Origin: an uncultured Gammaproteobacteria bacterium
GTDB lineage: Bacteria; Patescibacteriota; Microgenomatia; Levybacterales; GWA1-39-11
DNA: 64,000 bases
Direction of reading: 5' to 3'
NCBI GenBank assembly: GCA_964485575.1
Contig: CAZAJO010000008.1
Location: 921 to 64,920, forward strand
Shown in pieces: positions 40,005 to 49,502 of the stretch. Below the pieces are notes generated by a model, which was not told the DNA's origin, ran no database searches, and saw only the letters and a list, made by a program, of their open reading frames with translations. Position numbers and translations under genes: made by a program. How positions within the stretch are numbered: the first letter of the stretch is position 1; each line of letters starts with the position of its first letter.

Positions 40005-40460
40005 TTATTTCATGTATTTTTTGAGGTAATTTATTCTTTCAGTTTGGATGATGTATCTTCTGAAAGCGGAGTGGAGTGGGCGGGGCAAATTGTCGAGAGT
40101 GAACCATCCGATATCATCAATCTTATCCTTTTCCATGATTTTTACATTCCTTGGATCAACTTTAACGATAAATCCAATTGCTAGCCAGTGAGTCTTTATT
40201 CCTTTTTGAATACGTATCGCCGAGATTGCCGGAATCTGTTCCAGAATTTCTGCTTTACACCCCAATTCTTCTTTAACCTCTCGCAAAACTCCCTGCTCAG
40301 GCGTCTCTCCAAACTCTAATTGTCCACCCCCATTATCCCACCGTCCAACCTCATCTCTACAGGCTTTACCCCTTTTATGTAATAGGATGTTGCCTTTTCC
40401 ATCCATGCAATAAAAATTCATGGTAACTCCAATATAATCAATCCCAACTTTACGTTTCAT
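40005..40460 (-). CDS. NUDIX hydrolase
   Basis: Nudix box GGGQLEFGETPEQGVLREVKEELG. ATG 40460 (MKRKVGIDY...) is preferred over the TTG at 40478. Confidence 0.85.
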   Translation of the reverse strand: MKRKVGIDYIGVTMNFYCMDGKGNILLHKRGKACRDEVGRWDNGGGQLEFGETPEQGVLREVKEELGCKAEILEQIPAISAIRIQKGIKTHWLAIGFIVKVDPRNVKIMEKDKIDDIGWFTLDNLPRPLHSAFRRYIIQTERINYLKKYMK

Positions 40461-40468
40461 AGTACAGC

Positions 40469-40496
40469 AGTATACCAAATGAGAATGTTATGGCAA
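40469..40496 (-). promoter_or_regulatory. promoter candidate, leaderless geometry (NUDIX)
   Basis: TTGCCA (40496-91) - N16 - TATACT (40474-69) - N8 - ATG 40460. Confidence 0.45.
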
Positions 40497-40518
40497 AAAA
40501 ATCTAAATTGACTATAAT
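40490..40518 (+). promoter_or_regulatory. promoter candidate, leaderless geometry (tyrS)
   Basis: TATAAT (40513-18) - N6 - ATG 40525. The -35 is weak (ATGGCA 40490-95). Confidence 0.4.
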
Positions 40519-40524
40519 CTATAT

Positions 40525-41718
40525 ATGGACGAAATAGAGCAATTACTGACCCGTGGCGTTGACAAGGTATACCCCTCAAAGGACGCTTTGGAGAAAGAAC
40601 TCCGTTCTGGCAAAAAATTAAAACTTTATGAAGGGTTTGATCCAACAGGAACAGATCTTCACATTGGGCACATGATAGGCCTTCGCAAATTGGCGCAATG
40701 GCAAAAATTGGGACATCATGTCATTTTTCTCATCGGAACAGGAACAGGGCAAGCTGGGGATCCATCCGGAAAGCTATCATCTCGTGAAAAATTCTTTAAC
40801 GAAGAGGAGTTAAAGAAAAACGCTAAAGACTATGTAATGCAGGCAAAAAAGCTTCTTGAATTTGAAGGGCCCAATCCTGTTGAAATCCTTTATAACGGCG
40901 ACTGGTTGAACAAACTTACACTTACCCAAATCTTAGAGATTTTTGGACACATTACCCATCAACAACTCATCGAACGAGATATGTTCCAGGAGAGGATAAA
41001 AGCAAACAGTGATATTAATATGAGGGAATTCATCTATCCGGTTCTTCAAGGGTATGATTCTGTTGCCATGAATGTCGATCTTGAGTTAGGAGGAACCGAT
41101 CAAACATTTAATATGCTTGTTGGTCGAAAACTCCAACGATCTATTAATAACCGGGAGAAATTTGTGATGACAACGCCACTTCTTACCGACTCAAAAGGTA
41201 CAAAAATTGGAAAATCTGAAGGCAATGTAATCGGTCTTACTGACAAGCCGGAGGACCTTTTCGGTAAAATCATGAGCCTTTCAGATGATGTAATTGTTAA
41301 GGCAATGGAGTATCTGACAGACATTCCGATGAGTGAGATACGTGAGATTGAAGAGAAAATAAAGCATGAGAATCCAATTATTTTTAAGAAAAGGTTGGCA
41401 TTTGAGATTGTGAAGCAATTGAATACCGAGAGTGACGCAAAAAGTGCAGAAGAAACATTTAGAAGCGTGGTGCAAGAAAAAACTGTACCATCAGATATAC
41501 CTGAATTTGATTTTCCAAACGGTACAACGGTTTCGGCATCAGCCACTTCAAACAACCTTGTTGATTCAAATTCTGAGTGGAAAAGACTCGTTTCCCAAGG
41601 TGCAGTTTCAGTAGATGGAAAGCGGATAGAAAATCCATTCATGAAAAATGATGAACTGCCCGCTGGCGGAATTCTCAAAATAGGAAACAGAAATTATGCT
41701 AAAATAAAAAAAAGCTAA
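40525..41718 (+). CDS. tyrS: tyrosyl-tRNA synthetase
   Basis: HIGH motif (DLHIGH), a KMSKS-type KIGKS, and a C-terminal S4-like domain. Confidence 0.93.
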   Translation: MDEIEQLLTRGVDKVYPSKDALEKELRSGKKLKLYEGFDPTGTDLHIGHMIGLRKLAQWQKLGHHVIFLIGTGTGQAGDPSGKLSSREKFFNEEELKKNAKDYVMQAKKLLEFEGPNPVEILYNGDWLNKLTLTQILEIFGHITHQQLIERDMFQERIKANSDINMREFIYPVLQGYDSVAMNVDLELGGTDQTFNMLVGRKLQRSINNREKFVMTTPLLTDSKGTKIGKSEGNVIGLTDKPEDLFGKIMSLSDDVIVKAMEYLTDIPMSEIREIEEKIKHENPIIFKKRLAFEIVKQLNTESDAKSAEETFRSVVQEKTVPSDIPEFDFPNGTTVSASATSNNLVDSNSEWKRLVSQGAVSVDGKRIENPFMKNDELPAGGILKIGNRNYAKIKKS

Positions 41719-41719
41719 C

Positions 41720-41821
41720 ATGGAAACAATACGGAAGAAAAAATGGATTATGCGCACCCTTATGGTCATCGTGACACTGGCTATGGTCGCAACCATCATT
41801 TTACCCTACGTCATACAATAG
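41720..41821 (+). CDS. small hydrophobic ORF (33 aa), below the track threshold
   Basis: METIRKKKWIMRTLMVIVTLAMVATIILPYVIQ. It starts 1 nt after the tyrS stop, and its stop abuts the recG ATG. Confidence 0.35.
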   Translation: METIRKKKWIMRTLMVIVTLAMVATIILPYVIQ

Positions 41822-43864
41822 ATGAATCTTGATACTCCTGTTGGAGAACTCGGACTTACATTCCGACTTAAAAAATCAGCACTTGCTAGACTCAACATTT
41901 TCACTCTAGGAGATCTCCTTTTTCATCTCCCATTCAGGTACGAGGACTTCACAAATGCCGTTACCATTAGAAATCTTAAGATAGGGCAACAATCTGTGAT
42001 AAGAGGAAAGGTTCTTGATATAAAGAACGAGTACACAAAAAAAAGGTTTGTTCTTCAAAAAGCAAAAATCATGGATGACACGGGAACTGTCGAATGCACT
42101 TGGTTCAATCAAACATATATAACCCGAATTATCCATAAAGGTGACGAAATAGGACTTGTCGGAAAGCTTGATTTTTTTGGGAAAAAACCCACCTTTCAAG
42201 TAAAAGAATATGAAGTCATATCCAACGAATCTGGGCTTCATACAACTGGATTTGTACCTGTTTACAATGAAACGAAAGGACTTTCATCCAAATGGTTACG
42301 AAACAGAATAAATGACATCCTCACTAATAATAAAACGACTGTTCAGGAATATTTACCTCTACAAGAATTGAAAAAACTCAACTTCGCCGATTTGTATACT
42401 GCTCTTAAGACTTGTCATTTTCCCCAAGATATAAAATCAGCTGACCTTGCACGAGCGCGACTAGCTTTTGATGAATTATTACTTTCACACTTAGCAGCAA
42501 TTAAAAGAAGACGCGAATGGGAAGAAAAAAATAAAGGAGTACCATTCCAAACTGCAAATTACAAACTGCAAACTACAAAATTTATAAACTCCTTGCCATT
42601 TGAGCTAACAGGTGGACAGAAAAAAGCACTCTCAGATATTGAAAATGATTTACAAAGGGATATACCAATGAATAGACTCTTGGAGGGGGATGTAGGTAGT
42701 GGAAAAACAGTTGTTGCAGCGATTTCGATGTATATAGCACACCTCAATTCTTTCCAGTCAGTACTAATGGCACCCACGGAGATTCTTGCCAACCAACATT
42801 ACGATACTATTTCAAAACTCTTCGAACCCCTAGGTGTTTCAGTCGGCCTCCTCACCGGTTCGTCCAAAACAGGTTCTAAACTCTCAACTCTCAACTCTCA
42901 ATTCTCAATTCTTGTAGGTACTCACGCTCTTATTCAAAAAAATGTGAATTTTGAAAAACTAGGACTTGTTGTCATTGATGAGCAGCAGCGGTTTGGGGTA
43001 GAACAGCGCTCGATCTTACGAGAAAAAGGTACTAACCCTCATTTCTTGACGATGACTGCAACACCTATCCCAAGAACAATTCTCTTGGCTGTATATAAAG
43101 ACCTTGATATTTCATTATTAAATGAATTGCCGAAGGGAAGGCAAAAGATAAAGACTTGGCTTGTCCCCAACAAAAAAAGAGAGAAAGCATACGAATGGAT
43201 AAAAAAACAGATTGTCGAAAGTGAATTTGCCGATCAAGCATTTATTGTTTGTCCATTTATAGAAGATTCTGAAAGCATGGACACCATCAAAGCAGCAAAA
43301 TCAGAGTTTGAAAGGTTGCAGCATGAGGATCTGAAAGGACTCAAGCTTGGATTGTTACATGGAAAAATGACAGGAAAAGAAAAAGATCAGGTGCTTATGG
43401 ACTTTAAGGATAAAAAAACACACGTACTTGTCGCAACACCTGTTGTTGAGGTAGGAATTGATATACCAGGTGCCACAATCATGGTAATTGAGGCCGCCGA
43501 GCGATTTGGACTTTCCCAGCTACACCAGCTCCGAGGTAGGGTAGGCCGGGGTGACAAGCAGTCTTATTGTCTCTTATTCACCGAATCTGAATCTGAGATT
43601 GCTACAAAAAGACTATCATTTATGGAAACTTCCCATAGTGGTTTTGAACTTGCAGAGTTGGATCTAAAACTTCGTGGTGGAGGAGACCTTTTCGGTACAC
43701 GCCAACACGGAGCAGGCGGCATGAAAATTGCAGATTTTTCAAATTTTGAACTTGTTGAAAAAGCAAAAAACGAAGCTGAATATTTGATCAAAGATCTGGA
43801 AAATAATCCGAAGCTTTTAGAAAAAGTGGAAAGTGTCTCGCAAAAATTAGTCCACCCCGACTAG
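41822..43864 (+). CDS. recG: ATP-dependent DNA helicase RecG
   Basis: Wedge/OB N-terminus, GDVGSGKT, DEQQRFG, TATPIPRT and QLRGRVGRG motifs. Confidence 0.93.
   Translation: MNLDTPVGELGLTFRLKKSALARLNIFTLGDLLFHLPFRYEDFTNAVTIRNLKIGQQSVIRGKVLDIKNEYTKKRFVLQKAKIMDDTGTVECTWFNQTYITRIIHKGDEIGLVGKLDFFGKKPTFQVKEYEVISNESGLHTTGFVPVYNETKGLSSKWLRNRINDILTNNKTTVQEYLPLQELKKLNFADLYTALKTCHFPQDIKSADLARARLAFDELLLSHLAAIKRRREWEEKNKGVPFQTANYKLQTTKFINSLPFELTGGQKKALSDIENDLQRDIPMNRLLEGDVGSGKTVVAAISMYIAHLNSFQSVLMAPTEILANQHYDTISKLFEPLGVSVGLLTGSSKTGSKLSTLNSQFSILVGTHALIQKNVNFEKLGLVVIDEQQRFGVEQRSILREKGTNPHFLTMTATPIPRTILLAVYKDLDISLLNELPKGRQKIKTWLVPNKKREKAYEWIKKQIVESEFADQAFIVCPFIEDSESMDTIKAAKSEFERLQHEDLKGLKLGLLHGKMTGKEKDQVLMDFKDKKTHVLVATPVVEVGIDIPGATIMVIEAAERFGLSQLHQLRGRVGRGDKQSYCLLFTESESEIATKRLSFMETSHSGFELAELDLKLRGGGDLFGTRQHGAGGMKIADFSNFELVEKAKNEAEYLIKDLENNPKLLEKVESVSQKLVHPD
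42881..42908 (+). repeat. heptanucleotide array (CTCTCAA x3 + TTCTCAA) inside recG
   Basis: The sequence at 42878-42913 is aaaCTCTCAACTCTCAACTCTCAATTCTCAAttctt and encodes KLSTLNSQFSIL. It is about 80% identical to the pilin leader coding sequence at 51626-51664. Confidence 0.9.
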
Positions 43865-43866
43865 TA

Positions 43867-43895
43867 TTGCCATTAAGCCTCAAATTCTGTATAAT
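43867..43895 (+). promoter_or_regulatory. promoter candidate (rpmF)
   Basis: TTGCCA - N17 (ttaagcCTCAAAttctg) - TATAAT (43890-95) - N10 - ATG 43906. Confidence 0.5.
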
Positions 43896-43905
43896 ACTGA
43901 GAAGT

Positions 43906-44082
43906 ATGCCACAAGAGCCAAAGAGAAGACATTCTAGACAAAGAAAGGGGAAAAGACGAAGCTCTATTTCTCTTGATTCAATTGCAGCCTCAGTTTGCAA
44001 AAACTGTGGATCTGTAGTTGTACCTCACACTATCTGCAAAGCATGCGGATATTACAAAGGCCGCCAAGTACTTTCTAAATAA
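43906..44082 (+). CDS. rpmF: 50S ribosomal protein L32
   Basis: MPQEPKRRHSRQRKGKRR...CKNCG...H..CKACGYYKGRQV. The track ORF begins upstream at a non-ATG codon. Confidence 0.85.
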   Translation: MPQEPKRRHSRQRKGKRRSSISLDSIAASVCKNCGSVVVPHTICKACGYYKGRQVLSK

Positions 44083-44091
44083 TATAACTTC

Positions 44092-44445
44092 ATGAAAACT
44101 GCTCTTGATCCAAGGCATAAGAAGAGACAGGACATTGTTCAACTTCTTTTTTCCTACAGTTTTTTAGAACAAAAAATTTCTGATCCAAAAGCTCGAGAAG
44201 TAATATCAAAAATTCCGGAATTGGATCTACAAATAAATAATATAGCTCCCGAATTCCCAATAGACAAAATCAACAAAGTTGACCTGTCTATTTTACGTCT
44301 GGCTATTTATGAGTTACAATTTGAGAAGAGCACTCCACCGAAAGTAATCATTGATGAAGCAATTGAGTTAGCTAAAGAATTTGGAGGAGAATCGTCTCCA
44401 GGCTTTATAAATGGAGCTCTTGGGAAGTTGTTAAAAAGTCTATGA
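44092..44445 (+). CDS. nusB: transcription antitermination factor NusB
   Basis: DLSILRLAIYEL...VIIDEAIELAKEFGGESSPGFINGALGKL. Confidence 0.85.
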   Translation: MKTALDPRHKKRQDIVQLLFSYSFLEQKISDPKAREVISKIPELDLQINNIAPEFPIDKINKVDLSILRLAIYELQFEKSTPPKVIIDEAIELAKEFGGESSPGFINGALGKLLKSL

Positions 44446-45113
44446 ATGTTAAATTACCAGAATTCAAGGATGAAAAAATCCGAAAACTAGTTTTTACCCA
44501 TAGGTCATACCTTAACGAAAATAAAGAGGTACAAGAGTCAAATGAGCGTCTTGAATTTTTGGGGGATAGTATCCTTTCATTTGTCGTTTCATCCCACATC
44601 TACTCACAACACCCGGACATAAAAGAAGGGGATCTGACTAGTCTCAGATCAGTTCTAACAAATACGCAGACTCTGTATCTCGTCTCAGAAGCTTTAGGAC
44701 TTGGCAATCTACTTACTATGAGTAAAGGGGAGGAAGACGGCGGTGGAAGGACGAACAAGACTATTCTTGCAAATACTTACGAGGCTGTTGTGGGAGGTCT
44801 TTATCTTGATCAAGGGATAGATGCAGCTCGGGAATTCATTACTCAAACTATTATTGAGAATGCTAATGAATTCGTAGGATCTCAAGGACTAAAAGACGCA
44901 AAAAGCATGCTGCAAGAATATATGCAAGAAAAGTTTAAAGTCAGTCCTGATTATAGAATCTTGGATGAGCAAGGACCTGATCACGACAAAAATTATACTT
45001 CAGGCGTATTTTTGAATGGTGAATTGATAGCCAAAGGGGTAGGACATTCAAAACAAGAGGCTGAAAAAGACGCTGCACAAAAGGCTCTTGAGACAATGAA
45101 CGTTTCATATTAA
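44442..45113 (+). CDS. rnc: ribonuclease III
   Basis: Catalytic ERLEFLGDSIL and a C-terminal dsRBD (GPDHDKNYTSGVFLNGELIAKGVGHSKQEAEKDAA). Confidence 0.92.
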   Translation: MNVKLPEFKDEKIRKLVFTHRSYLNENKEVQESNERLEFLGDSILSFVVSSHIYSQHPDIKEGDLTSLRSVLTNTQTLYLVSEALGLGNLLTMSKGEEDGGGRTNKTILANTYEAVVGGLYLDQGIDAAREFITQTIIENANEFVGSQGLKDAKSMLQEYMQEKFKVSPDYRILDEQGPDHDKNYTSGVFLNGELIAKGVGHSKQEAEKDAAQKALETMNVSY

Positions 45114-45121
45114 TTAAATGC

Positions 45122-45150
45122 TTGTAATTGAGCCTCAAAAATAGTACAAT
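45122..45150 (+). promoter_or_regulatory. promoter candidate (rpsP operon)
   Basis: TTGTAA - N17 (ttgagcCTCAAAaatag) - TACAAT (45145-50) - N11 - ATG 45162. Confidence 0.5.
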
Positions 45151-45161
45151 TACACCTTACT

Positions 45162-45428
45162 ATGTTAGTTATTAGATTTACAAGAACAGGAAAAAGAGGA
45201 GAGAGAAAATACAGACTCGTCGTCAAAGAAAAGAGAAGTAAAAGAGACGGCAAGCCTGTAGATTTGCTTGGCTTCTACGAAAAAACAGTTAATTCCGTAA
45301 CGAAGGAATTCGATGCTGACAAAATAAAGTACTGGATTTCAAAAGGCGCACAAATGACACCTTCTGTTAAGGACGTTATTGAAGGTGTTAAAAGAGAAAA
45401 AAAGGTAAAGGCTCCAAAAACAAATTAA
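45162..45428 (+). CDS. rpsP: 30S ribosomal protein S16
   Basis: MLVIRFTRTGKRGERKYRLVV... Confidence 0.9.
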   Translation: MLVIRFTRTGKRGERKYRLVVKEKRSKRDGKPVDLLGFYEKTVNSVTKEFDADKIKYWISKGAQMTPSVKDVIEGVKREKKVKAPKTN

Positions 45429-45429
45429 C

Positions 45430-45678
45430 ATGAAAGAAACACTCGAATATATTCTTGCTGCAATCATTGACAATAAAGATGTTACTGTTACAGAAAGCGA
45501 GGAAGAGGGAAGCATTATCCTAACAATTCACGCTCCACAAGAAGAAATAGGAAGAATCATCGGAAAAGGCGGAAAAGTCATCAACGCTATGAAGCAGTTA
45601 GTAAAAATTCAGGCAATCCGCGAGAACAAAAGAGTTGAAATAAATGTAGAAGAGTCAGAATCAGAACCCCAAGAGTAA
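45430..45678 (+). CDS. KH-domain RNA-binding protein (YlqC-like)
   Basis: GRIIGKGGKVINAMKQL, plus the conserved rpsP-KH-trmD gene order. Confidence 0.85.
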   Translation: MKETLEYILAAIIDNKDVTVTESEEEGSIILTIHAPQEEIGRIIGKGGKVINAMKQLVKIQAIRENKRVEINVEESESEPQE

Positions 45679-45679
45679 C

Positions 45680-46366
45680 GTGAAAATCTCCGTTATAACA
45701 CTGTTCCCAGAAATATTTGAACCTATTCTCAATCATTCTATTCTAAAACGTGCCACTGAAAAAGGGCTGGTCGAATTTAATATCGTCAGTCACAGAGATT
45801 TTGGAATAGGAGCTCACAAAACGGTTGATGATAGACCATATGGAGGGGGAGCTGGGATGGTTTTACGAGTTGACGTCTTAAGTCAAGCAATTGATTCCGT
45901 AAAAATGAACCTAGAAGGCGAAGTTGTGGCTCTTATGGATCCACAAGGAGAAGTCTATTCTCAAGAAAAGTCAGAAGATTTTTCAAAACTCAATCATCTT
46001 ATTTTAGTTTGTGGACACTATGAAGGATTTGATGAGAGAGTACGGGATCTGGTAGACGTTGAGATATCTGTAGGAGACTATGTCCTTACCGGAGGCGAAA
46101 TTCCTGCAATGATCATTCTAGACAGCGTGACAAGACTTGTTGATGGGGTACTTAAAGACAAAAATGCAACCAGATTTGAATCACATTCAAAAACAGAAGA
46201 GGGTAGAATCCTTGAAGGTCCAACGTACACAAGACCGGAAGAATACAATTCAAAGAAGGTACCGGAGGTATTATTGTCAGGCGATCCAAAGAAAATAGCT
46301 GAATTTAAAAAAAACGAGGCCATCAAAACTACGAAGAGCAAGAGACCCGATCTTCTCAAAGACTAA
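45680..46366 (+). CDS. trmD: tRNA (guanine37-N1)-methyltransferase
   Basis: VDDRPYGGGAGMVL, CGHYEGFDERV and GDYVLTGGE motifs. GTG start. Confidence 0.92.
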   Translation: MKISVITLFPEIFEPILNHSILKRATEKGLVEFNIVSHRDFGIGAHKTVDDRPYGGGAGMVLRVDVLSQAIDSVKMNLEGEVVALMDPQGEVYSQEKSEDFSKLNHLILVCGHYEGFDERVRDLVDVEISVGDYVLTGGEIPAMIILDSVTRLVDGVLKDKNATRFESHSKTEEGRILEGPTYTRPEEYNSKKVPEVLLSGDPKKIAEFKKNEAIKTTKSKRPDLLKD

Positions 46367-47019
46367 CGCCAACTCTTAAGAGTGTTAAGTTGAGATTCTT
46401 CTGCTTTCGTTAAGTTTTTAACAGCAGTAGTATCGGCGTTTAAGGGTCTTATCGTTACCGGTTTATAATAGAAATTAACGTCAAGTCTTGCATCAGATTT
46501 TGCCAAATCAATAGCCTTTATATCCACCAACGGAATACTTTTATACAATTCTTGAGCAAATTTGCGTAGATTAACATTTTCTCCTGAAGCATTCACTAGA
46601 ATATTAAGAAATGGTATGCCATTCACTACTTTAGCAGTAGGCTGCACCTTCTTATCAGTTTCTGAAGCATAAATTCCACCTACTTTAATACTAAAACCAC
46701 CGAGCTTTACTCCTGCTCTTTCTGCTGCCTTATTGAGCTCAGTGTATATCAAAACTACGTCTTTTTGTAAAGGGAGCGCTGTAGTTACTACTTCATAATT
46801 CTCGTCAACGACTGCTTGCGGAAGAGAATTGAGTAGGGTTACGCTTTGGTCTTTTGCATCGACTGTCGAAGATTTTGTGGTCAATAATGATTGCACGTCT
46901 TGGATGTCGGACCACTGGGGCATTACAATCCGGAAAAACACGAAAAAGGAAGCAAAGCCAAATATCAAAGGCAACAATTGTTTCTTTCTTTTTCTGTAAA
47001 TCAATTCTAACTCGTGCAT
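46363..47019 (-). CDS. pilO: PilO-like type IV pilus assembly protein
   Basis: N-terminal TM plus a periplasmic domain, positioned after pilM-pilN. Called on context only. Confidence 0.5.
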   Translation of the reverse strand: MHELELIYRKRKKQLLPLIFGFASFFVFFRIVMPQWSDIQDVQSLLTTKSSTVDAKDQSVTLLNSLPQAVVDENYEVVTTALPLQKDVVLIYTELNKAAERAGVKLGGFSIKVGGIYASETDKKVQPTAKVVNGIPFLNILVNASGENVNLRKFAQELYKSIPLVDIKAIDLAKSDARLDVNFYYKPVTIRPLNADTTAVKNLTKAEESQLNTLKSWR

Positions 47020-47022
47020 ATA

Positions 47023-47559
47023 TTATTTGAATGTTATCCCGAATGTCAGACTGTATCTTAAGGTCTTTGGATTTAAGCCAAACGATCTCATATCGATTTT
47101 CTTGATCCCTCTTTTTTTGTCTGACGCAAGCTGGGCAATTTTACTTTCAATAAGATCATTGAGAGAAGAGAGGCTTTCAGATTCCAATGTAACCTGCATC
47201 TCCGTATCTGTACCATTGATTGCATCGACTTCTGAATCTTGTGGTATAACACCGGATATTGAATCAAGTCTTGCGACAACTGGAGATCTCTTGCTCAAAA
47301 CTTTTTGTACATCTATTATTCTGCTTTTTATTTCTATCAACTTGTCTTTCTTATCTTGCATAGCAAGTAGTTGAGCATTAAGTTTTTGCTCCTTTTGATC
47401 AAGACTGTCGTAAACTCCCCTCAGAACAAGTCTGTAGACGATTAGTCCCAATGAGATAACAACCGTGAAGCAAAAAACTCCGGCAGTGATATAGAAGAAT
47501 TTCTTTAAAGCGTTATCTACACGTTTACGACCTAATGAGAGATTGATTCCTTGTTTCAT
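47023..47559 (-). CDS. pilN: PilN-like type IV pilus assembly protein
   Basis: Short cytoplasmic INLS... N-terminus, a TM helix and a coiled coil, directly after pilM. Confidence 0.55.
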   Translation of the reverse strand: MKQGINLSLGRKRVDNALKKFFYITAGVFCFTVVISLGLIVYRLVLRGVYDSLDQKEQKLNAQLLAMQDKKDKLIEIKSRIIDVQKVLSKRSPVVARLDSISGVIPQDSEVDAINGTDTEMQVTLESESLSSLNDLIESKIAQLASDKKRGIKKIDMRSFGLNPKTLRYSLTFGITFK

Positions 47560-47564
47560 AGAGG

Positions 47565-48590
47565 CTAAATTGCGTCCTTTAATGCAAGTCCTGAGACTAC
47601 ATTAAAACTCAATGAGTCGGCACCGATTTCCGGAGGAACATTTTTCATATCATAAACCTGAAATGAACTTCCGAGAACTACCTGAATATTTAGTTGGTTT
47701 GTAAAATATATGTCAACACCAGGCAACTGAGCAGAGCCACCTGAAAGGATCATCTGGGTTATCGGTTGATTTGGATTCTTTTCTTTATACAATAACATTG
47801 TCTTTCTTATGTCTCCCAATATAGACTCCAAAATAGGGAAGAGTGATTTTCCTATTTTACCCTCAAATGCATCTTTATTGAGACCATAGGCTTTTTTGTA
47901 TGAATCTGCCTGGGTAACATCAATACCAAGATCCAATGATATTGCACGTGTTATCGCAATACCTCCCTTATCAACCGTAAATACCATTATCAGTTCCCCA
48001 TTCTCAACAACAGCAATGTTTGTGGTTGCTGCCCCCATGTGAACAATCATATTAGAGGTACCGGTATTTACGAGTGGAAAGATGGATCTATGGACTGAGA
48101 GCATTTCAGTCTCAATAGTAGAAGGTACTAGACCAAGTTCATCAAGTACTGTTTCGTATTTCTTGATGAGCGAAAGTGACGCAGCTACCAGAAGTATTCT
48201 AGATGTTTTGTTTTGCGCAGTTGAAGGACTAAGTACTTGCCAATCAGTCTTGACTTGATCCAATGGAAGAGGAATGTATTGCTCCATTTCATATTTAAGA
48301 GCCGCTGCCAATTCCTTTTCGGAAAGCGCAGGCATCTCAATAATTTTTGTATATACCTGGCTTTCAGGCAGAGCAACATTTACCTCTTTCTGTTTTATAT
48401 TTGCACTTGCAATGATTTGCTTTACTGCTTCAGCAAACTTATGAAGATCCTCTGGGGATTCGGACATGATTCCCTTTTGTGGAGCTGGACCCAGGCCCAT
48501 CGACTCTATAGCAAAAGAGTTTCCTCCTTTTTTAAGAGAAAGCGCCTTGATAGACGTCGTTCCAATGTCTAACCCAAATGTATCGCTCAT
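47565..48590 (-). CDS. pilM: type IV pilus assembly ATPase-fold protein PilM
   Basis: Actin-like FGLDIGTTSIKAL and ...VHMGAATTNIAV... motifs. Confidence 0.85.
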   Translation of the reverse strand: MSDTFGLDIGTTSIKALSLKKGGNSFAIESMGLGPAPQKGIMSESPEDLHKFAEAVKQIIASANIKQKEVNVALPESQVYTKIIEMPALSEKELAAALKYEMEQYIPLPLDQVKTDWQVLSPSTAQNKTSRILLVAASLSLIKKYETVLDELGLVPSTIETEMLSVHRSIFPLVNTGTSNMIVHMGAATTNIAVVENGELIMVFTVDKGGIAITRAISLDLGIDVTQADSYKKAYGLNKDAFEGKIGKSLFPILESILGDIRKTMLLYKEKNPNQPITQMILSGGSAQLPGVDIYFTNQLNIQVVLGSSFQVYDMKNVPPEIGADSLSFNVVSGLALKDAI

Positions 48591-49468
48591 TGTGACAGTA
48601 ATGAATAGGGAAATATCTCAAGTGGCAGTTGGGGATATGACTGGAAATAAACAACTTTTCTGACCGTGTCCCCGGATGTACCCGTTGAAGTTACCACGGA
48701 TCCTTGAGCTGGAAAGACTACCCCTGAAGACTGAAAACCAACAAGACTTGAGTTAAATATTGGGATGACTTTCATGATAAGACCATTTGATAGACTTGCT
48801 CCTCCAAAAGTGAGTGAGGCTGAATTTCTAAATGTTACTCCTTTTAGAGTGAATGGCCCACCCGAGGTGGTGCCAGTTGCCGCACCGGAAATTCTTGAAC
48901 ATCCGGATGCTTCATACACATTTTTTTGAATTGTAGGATTGGCAACCGTTCCTCTCAACAAAACTACTTCGATTGCAGGAGCGACACTGTCACCACTTGA
49001 AGCTGAACAAGAAGTCTGTGACACATTGCCCCAATATAGAGTGATACCCACGGGATTTCCTGCTCCCATTTGATTGAGGAAAAGGTTTGCTGGATTTGCT
49101 GAATAATCAGATAGCCATACATCTGCTCCTGAAGCTTGATCAACCTCCTGTCCATTGTTTATGACAATAGCAGTTCCATTGTCTGTCGTAAAAGTAGTTG
49201 AGAAAGAGGCGTTATTATCTAGATTTATTGGGGAATTTAAAGTACCGATACCACTTTGTCTCTCGATTGTTTGTTGAATGCCTGATTCAGCAGCCTGAAA
49301 AGCTCTTTGAGATTCTTCATTTTGCTTTGAAAGTTTTAATTCAGTTACAACCCGGGCTGCAATGGATAATCCAACTGTTAATGCAACGATCATGGTCAAT
49401 ACCACAATGAGGAGGATTTGTCCTTTCTGACCACCACGAATAATCCCATTTCTAAAAGACATAGACAT
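48587..49468 (-). CDS. PilX-N-domain minor pilin-like protein
   Basis: A hydrophobic N-terminus GQILLIVVLTMIVALTVGLSIA is followed by SQRAFQAAESGIQ (the PilX_N A.yaAEaG signature). Confidence 0.65.
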   Translation of the reverse strand: MSMSFRNGIIRGGQKGQILLIVVLTMIVALTVGLSIAARVVTELKLSKQNEESQRAFQAAESGIQQTIERQSGIGTLNSPINLDNNASFSTTFTTDNGTAIVINNGQEVDQASGADVWLSDYSANPANLFLNQMGAGNPVGITLYWGNVSQTSCSASSGDSVAPAIEVVLLRGTVANPTIQKNVYEASGCSRISGAATGTTSGGPFTLKGVTFRNSASLTFGGASLSNGLIMKVIPIFNSSLVGFQSSGVVFPAQGSVVTSTGTSGDTVRKVVYFQSYPQLPLEIFPYSLLSQ

Positions 49469-49472
49469 ATCA

Positions 49473-49502
49473 ATAATACGGTCAAAGCGGAGACGATGTC
49501 AA
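49473..49502 (-). promoter_or_regulatory. internal promoter candidate
   Basis: TTGACA (49502-497) - N18 - TATTAT (49478-73) - N4 - ATG 49468 (N10 to the second ATG). Confidence 0.3.
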
